64,000 nucleotides of DNA from Eledone cirrhosa (Eukaryota), in contig OZ024759.1 in NCBI GenBank assembly GCA_964016885.1, forward strand, positions 14,074,001-14,138,000. The letters are read 5' to 3'. The notes below the pieces were generated by a model. It was not told the DNA's origin. It was given only the letters and a program-made list of their open reading frames with translations, and did no database searches. A program made the position numbers and the translations under genes. Shown in pieces: positions 23,441 through 35,574 of this stretch. Numbering within the stretch: position 1 is the stretch's first letter; each line of letters opens with the position of its first letter.

Positions 23441-24624
23441 TTTCTTTTTCTTCCTCTTTCAAATAGAAGGAAGATGGATATGTTGGTGGACCCCCCCTCA
23501 CTTCCCCTGTTGAAAAGAACAAACTTGATATTCACCCAATCAAATGTATTTATGATAGCTGCCATAACTGGTGGATGGCATGGGGTGGGTTGTGATGTTC
23601 CAAATCCTGCGATATGCTCAACTAGAATGATCCTTGAAGGTGGTGCCTCAGTAAGGTCATAGTCTGAGTGAAGCCAGTTAAAGGATAGAAGAATATAAAG
23701 TCACATAATCAATATTTATGTTGCCCTGGTGATTTTCCAATAGGTAATTTGTTGGCTGGGAGAAATTTATTGATTTCTGTTTATTCATTTTGTTTTTAAT
23801 CCATAAGTTCCTATAATTCTATTGAAATTTGTTTGCATGCACATACACAGTGAAACACAGACATGTTATACACACATAGAGTGAAACACAAAAACATGTT
23901 ATATACATACACATATACACACACAACGAATCAGGCTTACACATACATAAATATTGATGATGATGGTGTATACAGTCACACACACATTCTGCTCGTTGTG
24001 CAAACCTTTTGTAATACCACTCAAAAGATACTAAATTATTGAGGCCTAGATTCTGATAAGTGTTCCATTTCAATCTCAGGGAGATTCAGCATGGCACTGT
24101 GTGTGTGACATGGCTGAGTATTCTACACACATACCTTTAATGCAAATTTTCAAGGATCTTCAGCATGATACAGTGTGAGAAGGCTGACACTGAATTACAG
24201 CTACAGTCCATGTATTAGTGAAAGTGGCTGAGTATTCCACAGTTTAATGTAATTTTCAGGGCTATTCAGCCTGACAGTGTGTGACAAGGGCTGCCACTTT
24301 AAATTACAGCTGCAATCTGTCCATTTGATGAGCTTCTATCTACCTAAGACTTAAGGTGCCACACAGTGAGATTAAGCTAGAACCTGGAACCTTGTGATTG
24401 TAAAGCAAACTTTTTACCTATTTGGCCATGCCTGTATCCTATTTCCTTTAAAATATTAGTTGTTTGTGCATGATGTTTTGTAGTTGTTATCTTGTGTTTT
24501 TCGTTGTCTTTTGTCACTATAACTACGTTTAACCGCCTCAGAATGTTGCTATTGTTACTGCTATTTAAAATTTAAAAAAACATTTTTTTTTTTTTTTTTT
24601 TACAAATTTGAAACCCTCAGAGTA

Positions 24625-24860
24625 CCGTCATGATCATTGTTTTTACATCCATTTTTCCATGTTTGCATGGGTTAGATGGGCCCTTTTCAAAAGAATCTCT
24701 CCACTCATCGCGGCCCTTTGTCATCTCAGCGAGTCTCTGATTTGAGGTCAGCTCTCACAACCTTTGTCCAGATCTTTCTTCGTCTACCTCTAGCGTGGCT
24801 TCCTTCCACTGGCATTTCCTGGTACTTCTCCACCCAACACAGTCTTCTCTCCTGCATCCC
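24625..24860 (-). mobile_element. Degenerate LINE 3' end sharing its tail with the (GAT)n SINE family
   Basis: Minus strand: ...GGAAGCCACGCTAGAGGTAGACGAAGAAAGATCTGG (GSHARGRRRKIW, RTE-like RGRP..W motif) ... CCATCTAACCCATGCAAACATGGAAAAATGGATGTAAAAAC. Confidence 0.55.
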
Positions 24861-25649
24861 ACCTCTCTGATTCTGCTTGTAAACTGAGCACCTTTTCACC
24901 TTTTGTTCATCAGCACCAGTTGTGGAATTGTTAAAGGTATCTGCTCCAGTTCTGTGTTTTCAATACATATTCCACCTCTTCTCAACAGCTACGACCAAAA
25001 TACAGTATCAGTATTTATATGTATATGAATATATATTATTAGTATATAGAAAGGTTTATTTATATCAAGAAGCAAGGGTATTCAATAATGTATATAAGGT
25101 TAATTTTCTCAGAGCTTGAGTTTCATGCCACAGCAAACTTCAGGTGAGAACTACTGTTACTTGCTGTATCTGTTGTTTTTATATTGATTGGTGTTGGTGT
25201 TAACTTGTCACCTCCTGATTCTATTGGTTAGTCTGTGGTATTGACTTGGTTCTATTGTTGGTGTGGACTTTGATATTATTTTTTAAATAAAAAATTTGAA
25301 GAGATTTTAGTCTAATAACTTTCTCAATAATATGCTGCTGTTTGGAACATAACATAACAAAGGTTCTTACATAAAATTATGCTGGAAGGTTTTTAGATAA
25401 ATATAAACACTTTCAAACAATCTTTTTTTTTGTTGTAGAACAGGGAGGGGTGTCAGTTTCAAGTGGTTCGGTAGACCATGTCATGATATGCTCAAATCTT
25501 ACATGCATACATAGACACAGGCACTTGTAGGAATGAGGAAACGAACCCCTGGCAGGATTAGAACATACATATGTGTCATAATGCTGTAATATAATTTCAA
25601 TATTAAAAATTAAGCTTTGAATATTTTAGATTGACTTGTATTTCTATTC

Positions 25650-26465
25650 GGACTATTTACGATGGTAAGACTGTTTAGTTGGTAAGACTTTTGTTGGTAA
25701 GACTATTTACGATGGTAAGACTGTTTAGTTGGTAAGATTGTTTAGTTGGTAAGATTGTTTAGTTGGTAAGACTGTTTACGGTGGTAAGATTGTTTAGTTG
25801 GTAAGACTGTTTACGGTGGTAAGATTGTTTAGTTGGTAAGACTGTTTAGTTGGTAAGACTGTTTAGTTGGTAAGACTGTTTAGTTGGTAAGACTATTTAC
25901 GATGGTAAGACTGTTTAGTTGGTAAGATTGTTTAGTTGGTAAGACTGTTTACGGTGGTAAGACTGTTTAGTTGGTAAGACTGTTTAGTTGGTAAGACTAT
26001 TTACGATGGTAAGACTGTTTAGTTGGTAAGATTGTTTAGTTGGTAAGACTGTTTACGGTGGTAAGACTGTTTAGTTGGTAAGACTGTTTAGTTGGTAAGA
26101 CTGTTTAGTTGGTAAGACTGTTTCGTTGGTAAGACTGTTTAGTTGGTAAGACTGTTTAGTTGGTAAGACTGTTTAGTTGGTAAGACTGTTTAGTTGGTAA
26201 GACTGTTTACGGTGGTAAGACTGTTTAGTTGGTAAGACTGTTTAGTTGGTAAGACTGTTTACGGTGGTAAGACTGTTTAGTTAGTAAGACTGTTTAGTTG
26301 GTAAGACTGTTTAGTTGGTAAGACTGTTTACGGTGGTAAGATTGTTTAGTTGGTAAGACTGTTTAGTTAGTAAGACTGTTTAGTTGGTACGACTGTTTAC
26401 GACAAGACTGTTTAGTTGGTAAGCCTATTTAGTTAGGAAGACTATTTACGATGGTAAAACTGTTT
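25650..26465. repeat. 17/18-bp minisatellite (~45 units)
   Basis: GGTAAGACTGTTTAGTT interspersed with GGTAAGACTGTTTACGGT and GGTAAGACTATTTACGAT. Confidence 0.95.
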
Positions 26466-26763
26466 ATTTTGTTTTTCTAACATTTAGTTACAGGTTCAAT
26501 CTTTGGCTGGGGCTGTAGAATTATTTTAAATATTTTGAGTTTTCTTCAGGCTGTTGGCCCATATATCGGGGTCATTAGCTCTGAGTACCAATTCGGTCTG
26601 TTAATAACCCGTCTAACCCTTATTAAACAGGGGTAAAGGTTTCAGACAGTTTTGATATGAAAAAGATTTTTTAAAACAATTTTTTTATTTTTTACTTTCA
26701 TTTTAAATAATTTACTTTCTTCCTTTTTTTTTCATTTATTTATTTTTTTTATATTTCTTTTAG

Positions 26764-26999
26764 TGTCTGGAAGCAGGCCTGGGACACGAGAACGTGAGAA
26801 ACGCAGTAGCAGCAGATTACATCGGGGTGTAGCCACTAGCACTGAGGTCAACAAGGATCAAATTCGAGTCCCTACTAATCCTATTCAATCAAATATGATT
26901 CCACCATCAGCACAAATAAATTCCGGACCTCGGCGTGGCAGTGCTTCCAAAGATGAGACAACTGGTCGGTCAACTTCTTCAAGACATTTGCGAAAATAA
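26764..26999 (+). CDS. CSNK1E: Terminal coding exon of a casein kinase I delta/epsilon (doubletime-like) gene, encoding the end of the C-terminal regulatory tail
   Basis: Long T-rich pyrimidine tract ending TTTCTTTTAG at 26763, then a phase-1 exon of raised GC: (x)SGSRPGTREREKRSSSRLHRGVATSTEVNKDQ...GRSTSSRHLRK*. REREKRSSSRLHRG resembles the recalled vertebrate CK1delta/epsilon tail motif ERERKVSMRLHRG, and the HLRK* end resembles CK1epsilon HLGK*. The kinase domain is not in the window, so delta vs epsilon is unresolved. Confidence 0.72.
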
Positions 27000-27000
27000 A
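26995..27000 (+). promoter_or_regulatory. AATAAA overlapping the stop codon (possible proximal polyadenylation signal)
   Basis: CGAAAATAAA followed by a genomic A-run; a second AATAAA lies near 27067. Usage cannot be shown from DNA. Confidence 0.3.
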
Positions 27001-27206
27001 AAAAAAAACAACAACCAACCAAACTAACTCTAAACAAAAACAATAATAATTTCAAAATTACAATGAAATAAAAAAAAAATATTAAGAGAAAAAAAGCTGC
27101 TGGTCAGAAGTGTGTGTGCGTGTGTGTGTGTACCTGTGTGTATGTGTATACCTGTGTGTGTATGTGTGTCTGAGCATTTGTCGCCACTTGTCTCTGCAGA
27201 AGACTG

Positions 27207-27543
27207 TTACTACTACCACTACCACCACCACCACCACCACCACCACCACAACTACTACGACCACTACCACAACTACTACGACCACTACCACCACCACCAC
27301 AACTACTACTACAACCACCACCACCACCACAACTACTACTACAACCACCACCACCACAACTACTAGTACAACCACCACCACCACAACTACTACTACAACC
27401 ACCACCACCACCACCACAACTACTACTACTACAACAACCACCACCACCACCACAACAACAACTACTTACAACAACTACTACTACTACCACCACAATTACT
27501 ACTACAACCACCACCACCACCACTACAACCACTACCACTACCA
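27207..27543. repeat. Compound (CAC/CTA/CAA)n triplet repeat in the probable 3' UTR
   Basis: Source of the poly-T, poly-V and poly-H/G ORFs; lies ~200 nt after the stop codon. Confidence 0.95.
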
Positions 27544-27800
27544 TTGTAATGCAGTGATGGTAATCTTTGTCAAGGACTAAGGAAATTGCCACATTCTTTT
27601 ATTTCAATATACACACGCACGCACACACACACGTGCAACTGCTTGTTGGGCCATTTCATGTTTAGGGTTTTTTGTTGTTTATTTTCATTGTTAATTAAAC
27701 AACCAATCAATTAAATATCTTAACAACTTTTGGGTTCTTCCGGGTATTAGGCTGGTATAGATTTAGAAATTTAACTTAATGTTAGTGATTATTATTATCA

Positions 27801-28028
27801 AATAATAATCATAATGGTTTCTACTTTTGGCATAAGGCCAGCAATTTCCCCCAGTGTATTACTGGTGGTTTATTTTATTGATCCCGTAAGGATGAAAGGC
27901 AAAGCTAATCCCGCCGAGGTTAGCTTTTGCTTTTCAACCTTATGGGGTCGATAAAACAAAGTACCAGTAATGTACTGGGGTAATTGCAGGCCTTGTGCTA
28001 ACGGTAGAAACATTATTATTATTATTAT
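27801..28028. mobile_element. Two SINE 3' halves fused head-to-head (foldback)
   Basis: Arms mirror around GCAAAGCTAATC-CCGCCGA-GGTTAGCTTTTGC, with (AAT)n and (ATT)n tails outward. Confidence 0.85.
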
Positions 28029-28029
28029 G

Positions 28030-28232
28030 AGGGTGGTGGATTGGCAGACTCGGTAGAGCGTCGGACACCGTGCTTTGCAGCATAGGAGTTATGGCGCTTT
28101 ATGTTCTGTGTTCAAATCCCGCCGGGTTTAACTTTGCCTTTCATCCTTACGGGGTCGATAAAAGAAAGTACCAGTAATGCACTGGGGTAATTGCTGGCCT
28201 TGTGCCTAAAGTAGAAACAATTATTATTATTA
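28030..28232 (+). mobile_element. Near full-length tRNA-derived SINE
   Basis: A box TGGCAGACTCGG, B box GTTCAAATCC, core TTTGCCTTTCATCCTTACGGGGTCGATAAA, (ATT)n tail; a second copy follows at ~28240-28443. Confidence 0.8.
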
Positions 28233-28494
28233 TGATGTACAGTGGTTTGATAGATTTGTTGTTAGAGCACTGGACACCACCATGCTTTGAGTTCAAATCC
28301 CACCAAGGTTAGCTTTGCCTTTGATCCTTATGGGGTCGATAAAATAAAGTACCAGTAATGTACTGGGGTTGGTTTAATCAACTTTCCCCTCCCCCCAAAA
28401 TTGCTGGCTTTGTGACTAAATCAGAAACAATTATTATTATTATAACAGCATACTAAGAGTAGTTAGAAAAACAACAGAACTTTAGAAACAGTGG

Positions 28495-29717
28495 TGCCCC
28501 CTCAATGATGGTACCCTTCACTTCACCCTCCAATGATGGTACCCTTGACTGTACCCTTCAGTGATTGGTACCCTTGACAGCACCCTTCAGTGATTGGTAC
28601 CCTTGACAGCACCCTTCAGTGATGGTACCCTTGACAACACCCTCCAGTGATGGTACCTTTGACAGCACCCTCCAGTAATGGTACCCTTGACTGTACCATT
28701 CAATGATGGTACCCTTGACTGTACCCTTCACTTCACCCTCCAGTGATGGTACCCTTGACTGCACCCTCTAGTGATTGGTACCCTTCACAGTACCCTTGAC
28801 TGCACCCTCCAGTGATGGGACCCTTGACAGTACCCTTCACTTGACTCTCCAGTGATGGTACCCTAGACAAGACCCTTTCAGTGATGGTACCCTTCACTTC
28901 ACCCTCCAATGATGGTACCCTTGACTGTACCCTTCAGTGATTAGTACCCTTGACAACACCCCTCAGTGATGGTACCCTTAACACCCTCAGTGATTAGTAC
29001 CCTTGACAACACCCCTCAGTGATGGTACCCTTAACACCCTCAGTGATGGTACCCTTAACACCCTCCAGTGATGGTACCCTTAACACCCTTCAGTGATGGT
29101 ACCCTTAACACCCTCCAGTGATGGCACCCTTAACACCCTTCAGTGATGGTACCCTTAACACCCTCCAGTGATGGTACCCTTAACACCCTCCAGTGATGGT
29201 ACCCTTAACACCCTTCAGTGATGGTACCCTTAACACCCTTCAGTGATGGTACCCTTAACACCCTCCAGTGATGGTACCCTTAACACCCTCCAGTGATGGC
29301 ACCCTTAACACCCTCCAGTGATGGTACCCTTAACACCCTCCAGTGATGGTACCCTTAACACCCTCCAGTGATGGCACCCTTAACACCCTCCAGTGATGGC
29401 ACCCTTAACACCCTTCAGTGATGGTACCCTTAACACCCTCCAGTGATGGCACCCTTAACACCCTTCAGTGATGGTACCCTTAACACCCTCCAGTGATGGC
29501 ACCCTTAACACCCTTCAGTGATGGCACCCTTAACACCCTTCAGTGATGGTACCCTTAACACCCTCCAGTGATGGTACCCTTAACACCCTCCAGTGATGGC
29601 ACCCTTAACACCCTCCAGTGATGGCACCCTTAACACCCTTCAGTGATTGTACCCTTAACACCCTCCAGTGATGGCACCCTTAACACCCTCCAGTGATGGC
29701 ACCCTTAACACCCTTCA
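28495..29717. repeat. 25-bp minisatellite with a heterogeneous left half
   Basis: CAGTGATGG(T/C)ACCCTTAACACCCT(C/T), homogeneous from ~29040; longer variant units upstream. Confidence 0.95.
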
Positions 29718-30231
29718 TTGTTTAGTTCTGTTGTAATTTAAACTTTCTGTTGCCATCTGCCATTTTCTAAAGAAGAGATAACAATTACATCAGCCACAAC
29801 AATAACAACTACAGACACCACCACAACCACAACATTAACTACAACCACGACAACTACACCAAACACATCAATAACAACCACAACAACAACTACACTAACC
29901 ACCACAACAAAAACACTGCCACAGCCACAATAACTGCCAGGTTGCTATATTTAGGTTGGGGTGGGAAAAGGGTTATTTTATTTCTTTAGCTAAGACAAGC
30001 AGTATTGTGTAAAATATAACACACACATACACACACACACAGCTCATCTTGCTAAACCCCTAATAAACATTTTGACACGTTCATCATATTTTGTAAATAA
30101 TTAAGGTATTTTTTTCCTTTCTTTCTTCGTTATGTTTTTTTCTCTCCCCATGCAAGAAATTTTATAGTTTCAAAAAATATACTTTGCCTTTTTCGATATG
30201 TTTTGTCTCCCACCATTGCCACTACGACTGT

Positions 30232-30510
30232 GAAGGCATATGGCCAAGTGGTGAGAAGAGTTGTGAATTTGATTCCCAGGAGTGTGTGTGGCGTCCTTGA
30301 GCAAGACACTTTATTTCACAGGGCTCCAGTTTAGGCTCTGCTGGAAGTATAAAAAAAATGAGTTGTGCCCGTGGTTGAACAGGCAAAGCCTTGTCAAACA
30401 CAACTGCACTTACACAAACATACTCTTTTATGCTGAATCTTCCTGTTGACTTCTTGAGAAAGCTGTTCCGTTGATGAAACTCAATTGGAGCCCTCATTGC
30501 TACCAACAGA
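30232..30510 (+). mobile_element. tRNA-derived SINE, second family (degenerate)
   Basis: TGGCCAAGTGG A-box-like, TTTGATTCC B-box-like, then CCTTGAGCAAGACACTTTATTTCACA; a minus copy lies at ~38185-38306. Confidence 0.65.
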
Positions 30511-30694
30511 GACCCAACACACTAGTACCACTACTACTATATGGTCCATTCCAAAATTAAAAAAAAAACCCCTAGCTTCAAAGCCATTCTTTAAAAGCTG
30601 TTAAACCTATTTTGGTTTCACGCTGTGTTCCTAATTGAACCCCTCCCCTAAACAAAAAAGAAAAAACAATCCAAGTATTGTTTAAGTGACATAG

Positions 30695-30967
30695 GTATGT
30701 ATATGTATCTATGAATGTATATACATGTACGTATGTATGTATGTATATGTATAAATATGTATATATATAGATGTATGTATAGATATATAGATATATAGAT
30801 GTATGTATAGATATATAGATATATAGATGTATGTATAGATATATAGATGTATGTATGTATATATAGATGTATGTATGTATATATATATGTATGTATGTAT
30901 ATATGTATGTATGTATATATTTATGTATGTATGTATGTATATATGTATGTATGTATATATATATGTG

Positions 30968-31058
<91 letters not shown>

Positions 31059-31248
31059 ATGTATATGTGTGTGTATATATATATGGGTTGTCAAGAATGA
31101 AATTTTTTTTTCTAGAAGTTTCTACAAATTTCATACTTGATGACCCAATATGTGTGTGTGTATGTATGTATATATGTGTATGTGTATATATATCTATATA
31201 TATCTATATGTATATATATAGATATATGTGTGTGTGTATATATGTATA

Positions 31249-31279
<31 letters not shown>

Positions 31280-31285
31280 GTGTTT
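30695..31285. repeat. (TA/TG/TATG)n low-complexity tract
   Basis: Direct inspection. Confidence 0.95.
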
Positions 31286-31747
31286 CTTTGCTTGTGATTC
31301 AGGTGTTTTCAGCATTATATCACTGAGATAGATGGGGTGGAGTGGGGGGGGGTGCTAATATCTCTCTCAACAGTATTTTATCTAATAGAAGAGGGTGATT
31401 TTTTTAACTTTTAGTCTTTAAGTCACCTTACATCCCTTTCAAATCATCAAAACTCATCTCTGCTTCGACCCATCCTCTACCACCTCCCATCCGCTACCAC
31501 CACTAGTCTCTCCCATCCTCTCCCACCACCAGCCTCTCCCATCCTGCCCCCCCCCCCCCCCCCCCCCACCACCAAACGTTATTTTAAAGTTTGTTGCAGT
31601 TCATGGAATTTTCTAAATATTATCTTTATATTTCAAATAGATACATAAAAGGAAAAAAAGTTGCAACATTTGCCAAAAGAATATATATATATATATATAT
31701 ATATACATTATATTAATAAATGGAAACTATATTTATAAAACCATAAT

Positions 31748-31806
31748 TATTTTATTAGATATATTTCTTCAAGGGCAATCTTGGTGCGCTTTCATCAGAT
31801 AAAATA
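31748..31806 (-). ncRNA. Minimal type I hammerhead motif, left arm of the same foldback (degenerate)
   Basis: Minus strand TATTTTAT-CTGATGA-AAGCGCA-CCAAGAT-TGCCCTT-GAA-GAAA-TATATC-TA-ATAAAATA: intact CTGATGA, with an extra GAA before GAAA. Confidence 0.55.
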
Positions 31807-31919
31807 CAAAATTTGTTTTATAAATAGTGCCATAACCGTGGAAAACAACCATGACAGTTGAAAATTCGCTGGATAGATTTTCAACCACAATTATGTCACT
31901 ATTTATAAAACAAATTTTG

Positions 31920-31984
31920 TATTTTATTTGATGAAAGCGCACCAATATTGCCTTGGTTGCCCTTGAAATATATATAATAAAATA
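31920..31984 (+). ncRNA. Minimal type I hammerhead motif, right arm of a foldback (C3->U variant)
   Basis: TATTTTAT-TTGATGA-AAGCGCACC...GGTTGCCCTT-GAAA-TATATA-TA-ATAAAATA: 8-bp stem I, imperfect stem II, palindromic loop III. Confidence 0.55.
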
Positions 31985-32120
31985 ATTATGGTTTTATAAA
32001 TATAGTTTCCATTTATATATTGAATATTTACTCCAGTAAACTGTTGAGTGCTCTATACCAGTTATAAACTTTTAAGTTTGTTGAAATCCCAACAAATTCA
32101 ATATAACCTCTGCATATACT

Positions 32121-32271
32121 TATTGTAATGAGTTACTGCTTGACAGCTGAGCTCCTGTCATTTTAACAGCAAGTGATTAACTATATGTATGTATGTATGT
32201 CATCATAGGGGTCATCCACTTACCATTGCAGTGGAAAGAGCTCAGCTGTCAGGCAAAAACTCATTACAATA
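32121..32271. repeat. Short inverted-repeat element (~34-bp arms)
   Basis: TATTGTAATGAGTTACTGCTTGACAGCTGAGCTC vs GAGCTCAGCTGTCAGGCAAAAACTCATTACAATA; a related arm lies at ~37948-37972. Confidence 0.7.
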
Positions 32272-33150
32272 TATATTATATAATGTATGTATGTGTGTGT
32301 GTGTGTGTGTAGTTTATATATATATTATATAATGTATGTATGTGTGTGTGTGTGTAGTTTATATATATATTATATAATGTATGTATGTGTGTGTGTGTGT
32401 AGTTTATATATATATTATATAATGTATGTATGTGTGTGTAGTAGTTTATATATATATATTATATAATGTATGTATGTGTGTGTGTGTGTAGTTTATATAT
32501 ATATATTATATAATGTATGTATGTGTGTGTGTAGTTTATATATATATATTATATAATGTATGTGTGTGTATGTATGTGTGTGTGTGTGTGTGTAGTTTAT
32601 ATACATACATATGATGATGATACACTGATGTGCATTAATTTCAGTAAAGACATTTCCAATAAAATACTTGATTGTTTGCCACACACACACACACACAACT
32701 ATATATGCACCCTACACACACACAACTATATATGCACCCTACACACACATAGATCTATGCACACAGGGTCCACTCTCCCAAATTACCTATCACTTCTATT
32801 TTAAAAAAACCCCCAAAAACTGCTAAATAAGAGAATTGCTGTCTCATATCTTGGTGTAGTGATGATGATTATGTGTCATTTGTGTGAGGTACTTAACTGT
32901 TCTTTCTTTGTGTCCCCTTCTCATTTTTGTTCTCTTCTCTCTGTATGTTCTAGAAATCTGTTTTTATTGTTTTGAAATATCAAGGCATTTCTGTGTGGTT
33001 AAAAGATTTTGCTTTGCAACCTCATGGTTTTGGCTTCAGTCCCACTGTGTGAAAGCCCATCACACACACATATGTGTATGTATATATATATATATATATG
33101 ATGTGTATATATATGTATATATATAATGTGTATATATATGTATATGTATG

Positions 33151-33216
<66 letters not shown>

Positions 33217-33338
33217 GTGTATATATATGTATATATATAATGTGTATATATAATGTGTATGTATATGTATGTATATATATATATAATGTGTATATATATG
33301 TATATATATAATGTGTATATATAATGTGTATGTATATG

Positions 33339-33394
<56 letters not shown>

Positions 33395-34000
33395 GTGTGT
33401 ATATATGTATATATATTATGATGTGTGTATATATATCTGATGTGTATATATATGTATATATATATATATATATATATGATGTGTATATATATATGTTTAT
33501 ATATGATGTGTGTATATATGTATATATATATGATGTGTGTATATATGTATATATATATATCTGATGTGTGTATATATATATGATGTGCGTATATATGTAT
33601 ATATATATATCTGATGTGTGTATATATGTATATATATATATCTGATGTGTGTATATATGTATATATATATATCTGATGTGTATATATATGTATATGTATA
33701 TATGATGTGTATATATATGATGTGTGTATATATGTATATATATATGATGTGTGTATATATATATGATGTGTATATATATGTATATATATATGATGTGTAT
33801 ATATATGTATATATATGTATATATATATGATGTGTTTATATATGTATATATGTATGATGTGTATATATATGTGTATATATATGATGTGTATATATATATG
33901 ATGTATATATATATATATATATGATGTGTATATCTATATATATATATTATATATATATATGTGTGTATATATACACACACATATATATATCATGTATATA
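32272..34000. repeat. TA/TG-based compound micro- and minisatellites (32272-32610 and 33060-34000)
   Basis: Units such as TATATAATGTATGTATG(TG)nTAGTT(TA)n and (TA)nTGATG(TG)n. Confidence 0.9.
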
Positions 34001-34752
34001 TGGGTGTCTTTACATGTACTGTTTATGCCCCATACCTTAGCAGATCGATTTTTTTCAAAAGTACCAGACTTGGGAAACAAAACAAAACAAAAAAAATGAA
34101 AAAAAATAGTATAAAAATACTGGGGGGGGGGTATGATTGACTTAAAATCCTTTCAAGCTGGTGCCCCAGTATGGTCACAGTCTAATGACTGGAACCAGAA
34201 CAACAAACCAAGGTGGGTTGATGAATCAATCAGTCACAAGTGTAAATATATTTGTAATGATCAATAATCATTTGTATTTTTTATTTGTGTCTCAGTCTCT
34301 GAAAATTGAAAAAAAAAAAAAAAAAAATCAGAAAATAAAAACTGTCTTTTATTATTATTTTAAATAAAGTACCAGTCATGTACTGGGGTCGATTTAATCG
34401 ACTATCCCCTCCCCTAAATTAGAAACTATTATTATTATTATTATTAAACCCCGTCATCCTAACATTTTTATTTCTGTTCTGTTCGCTCTCTTTCTCTCTC
34501 TCTCACTCTCTCTCCCTTAAAAAAAATTTACCTTATTTTTTGTTGTTTTGTTACCTTAGAAATGATTCTCTCTAATTTTCCCCTCTCTCTCTCTATATAT
34601 ATATATATATACACATAAAGATAGCTTATGAAATAGGGTGAAGACGGATAAAGAAGTTGCCATTGGCTGCTATGAAAAATTGCCCATATCTTCCAGATAC
34701 CAGCTTGACACTTTAACCTGTACTTGAGCACTTTCTTTATACTTATATATAT

Positions 34753-35266
34753 ATCCTGTATATGCAGGCGTACAAGTCCATCCGGCGCATAGGTCGACCC
34801 CTAAAATTCTGAGATGTAATTCAGGCTTAGGCCTATATTCACTGGATAAGACGACCCCCCAAAAATAAGGCAGTTGCAGGGGAAATAATTAAAAAAAATT
34901 AGTGGTGTGTTGATGGCTAAGACACTTCAGTCGCAAGTGGGTTCTAACTAGCCTAGCCTTAACGAACCTATGGTACCCTACCCTATGGTAACCTACTCTA
35001 TGGTAACCTACCCTATGAGCTACAGCAAGTCATTGATATTATTATCACTGTTATATAGACTTAACAAATACGAGATACATTTGGAGATAATTGTGGTGGG
35101 CTGCTAGAGTTATGGTAAGTGCTGTACAATGCATGTTAGGCAGGTAGTTTCACTGTTTACCCCTCAATGGTAAAGGTTCACAGTTTATATTTGGTGGACA
35201 AGTCGACCCCAGGTTTTGGAGAGATACGTTTAGGCTCCAAATGTCGACTTGTACGCCGGTATATAT
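34753..35266. mobile_element. Tc1/mariner (pogo/Tc2-like) MITE
   Basis: TIRs GTATATGCAGGCGTACAAGTC / GTCGACTTGTACGCCGGTATATA, with internal GTCGACCCC repeats, in (TA)n context. Confidence 0.7.
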
Positions 35267-35574
35267 ATTCTCAGTGCTTCAAAGGCTGAAAATTTGCCTC
35301 CATACATTGTTTACATTCAGATGTCTGTCTGTCAGTCTCTGCCTGTCTGCTGACACCTGAAAGCTGTTGTCCAGTTATCTAGTTAAAATGATAGGAAGAA
35401 AATTGTCATGGTTCCTTAGTTTAAACATTAAAGCATCTAGGCGGTATGTGGAAGATATGGAGCTCAATTCCTCATATCTGCCGATGGCAACTTCTTTTTC
35501 CATCTTATTTTCTAGCATTTTTGCTTGAATCTTTATACTTATATACATATATGTATGTATGTATGTATATATAG

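Larger units (their letters stand above)
31716..32016. mobile_element. ~300-bp head-to-head foldback, probable inverted Penelope-like pLTR remnant
   Basis: ATAAATGGAAACTATATTTATAAAACCATAATTATTTTATTA... mirrored by ...TAATAAAATAATTATGGTTTTATAAATATAGTTTCCATTTAT; each arm carries an outward-facing hammerhead motif. Confidence 0.65.

Noticed and set aside
27082-27592. Poly-Thr, poly-Val and Gly/Ser/Cys ORFs (mucin- or keratin-like)
   Set aside because: Triplet microsatellite downstream of the real stop codon.
28030-28125. tRNA gene
   Set aside because: A and B boxes are present but there is no cloverleaf, and it continues into a SINE body and (ATT)n tail.
30709-33980. Long Y/I/H/T/C/V-rich ORFs
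   Set aside because: Translations of (TA)n, (CA)n and (TG)n tracts.
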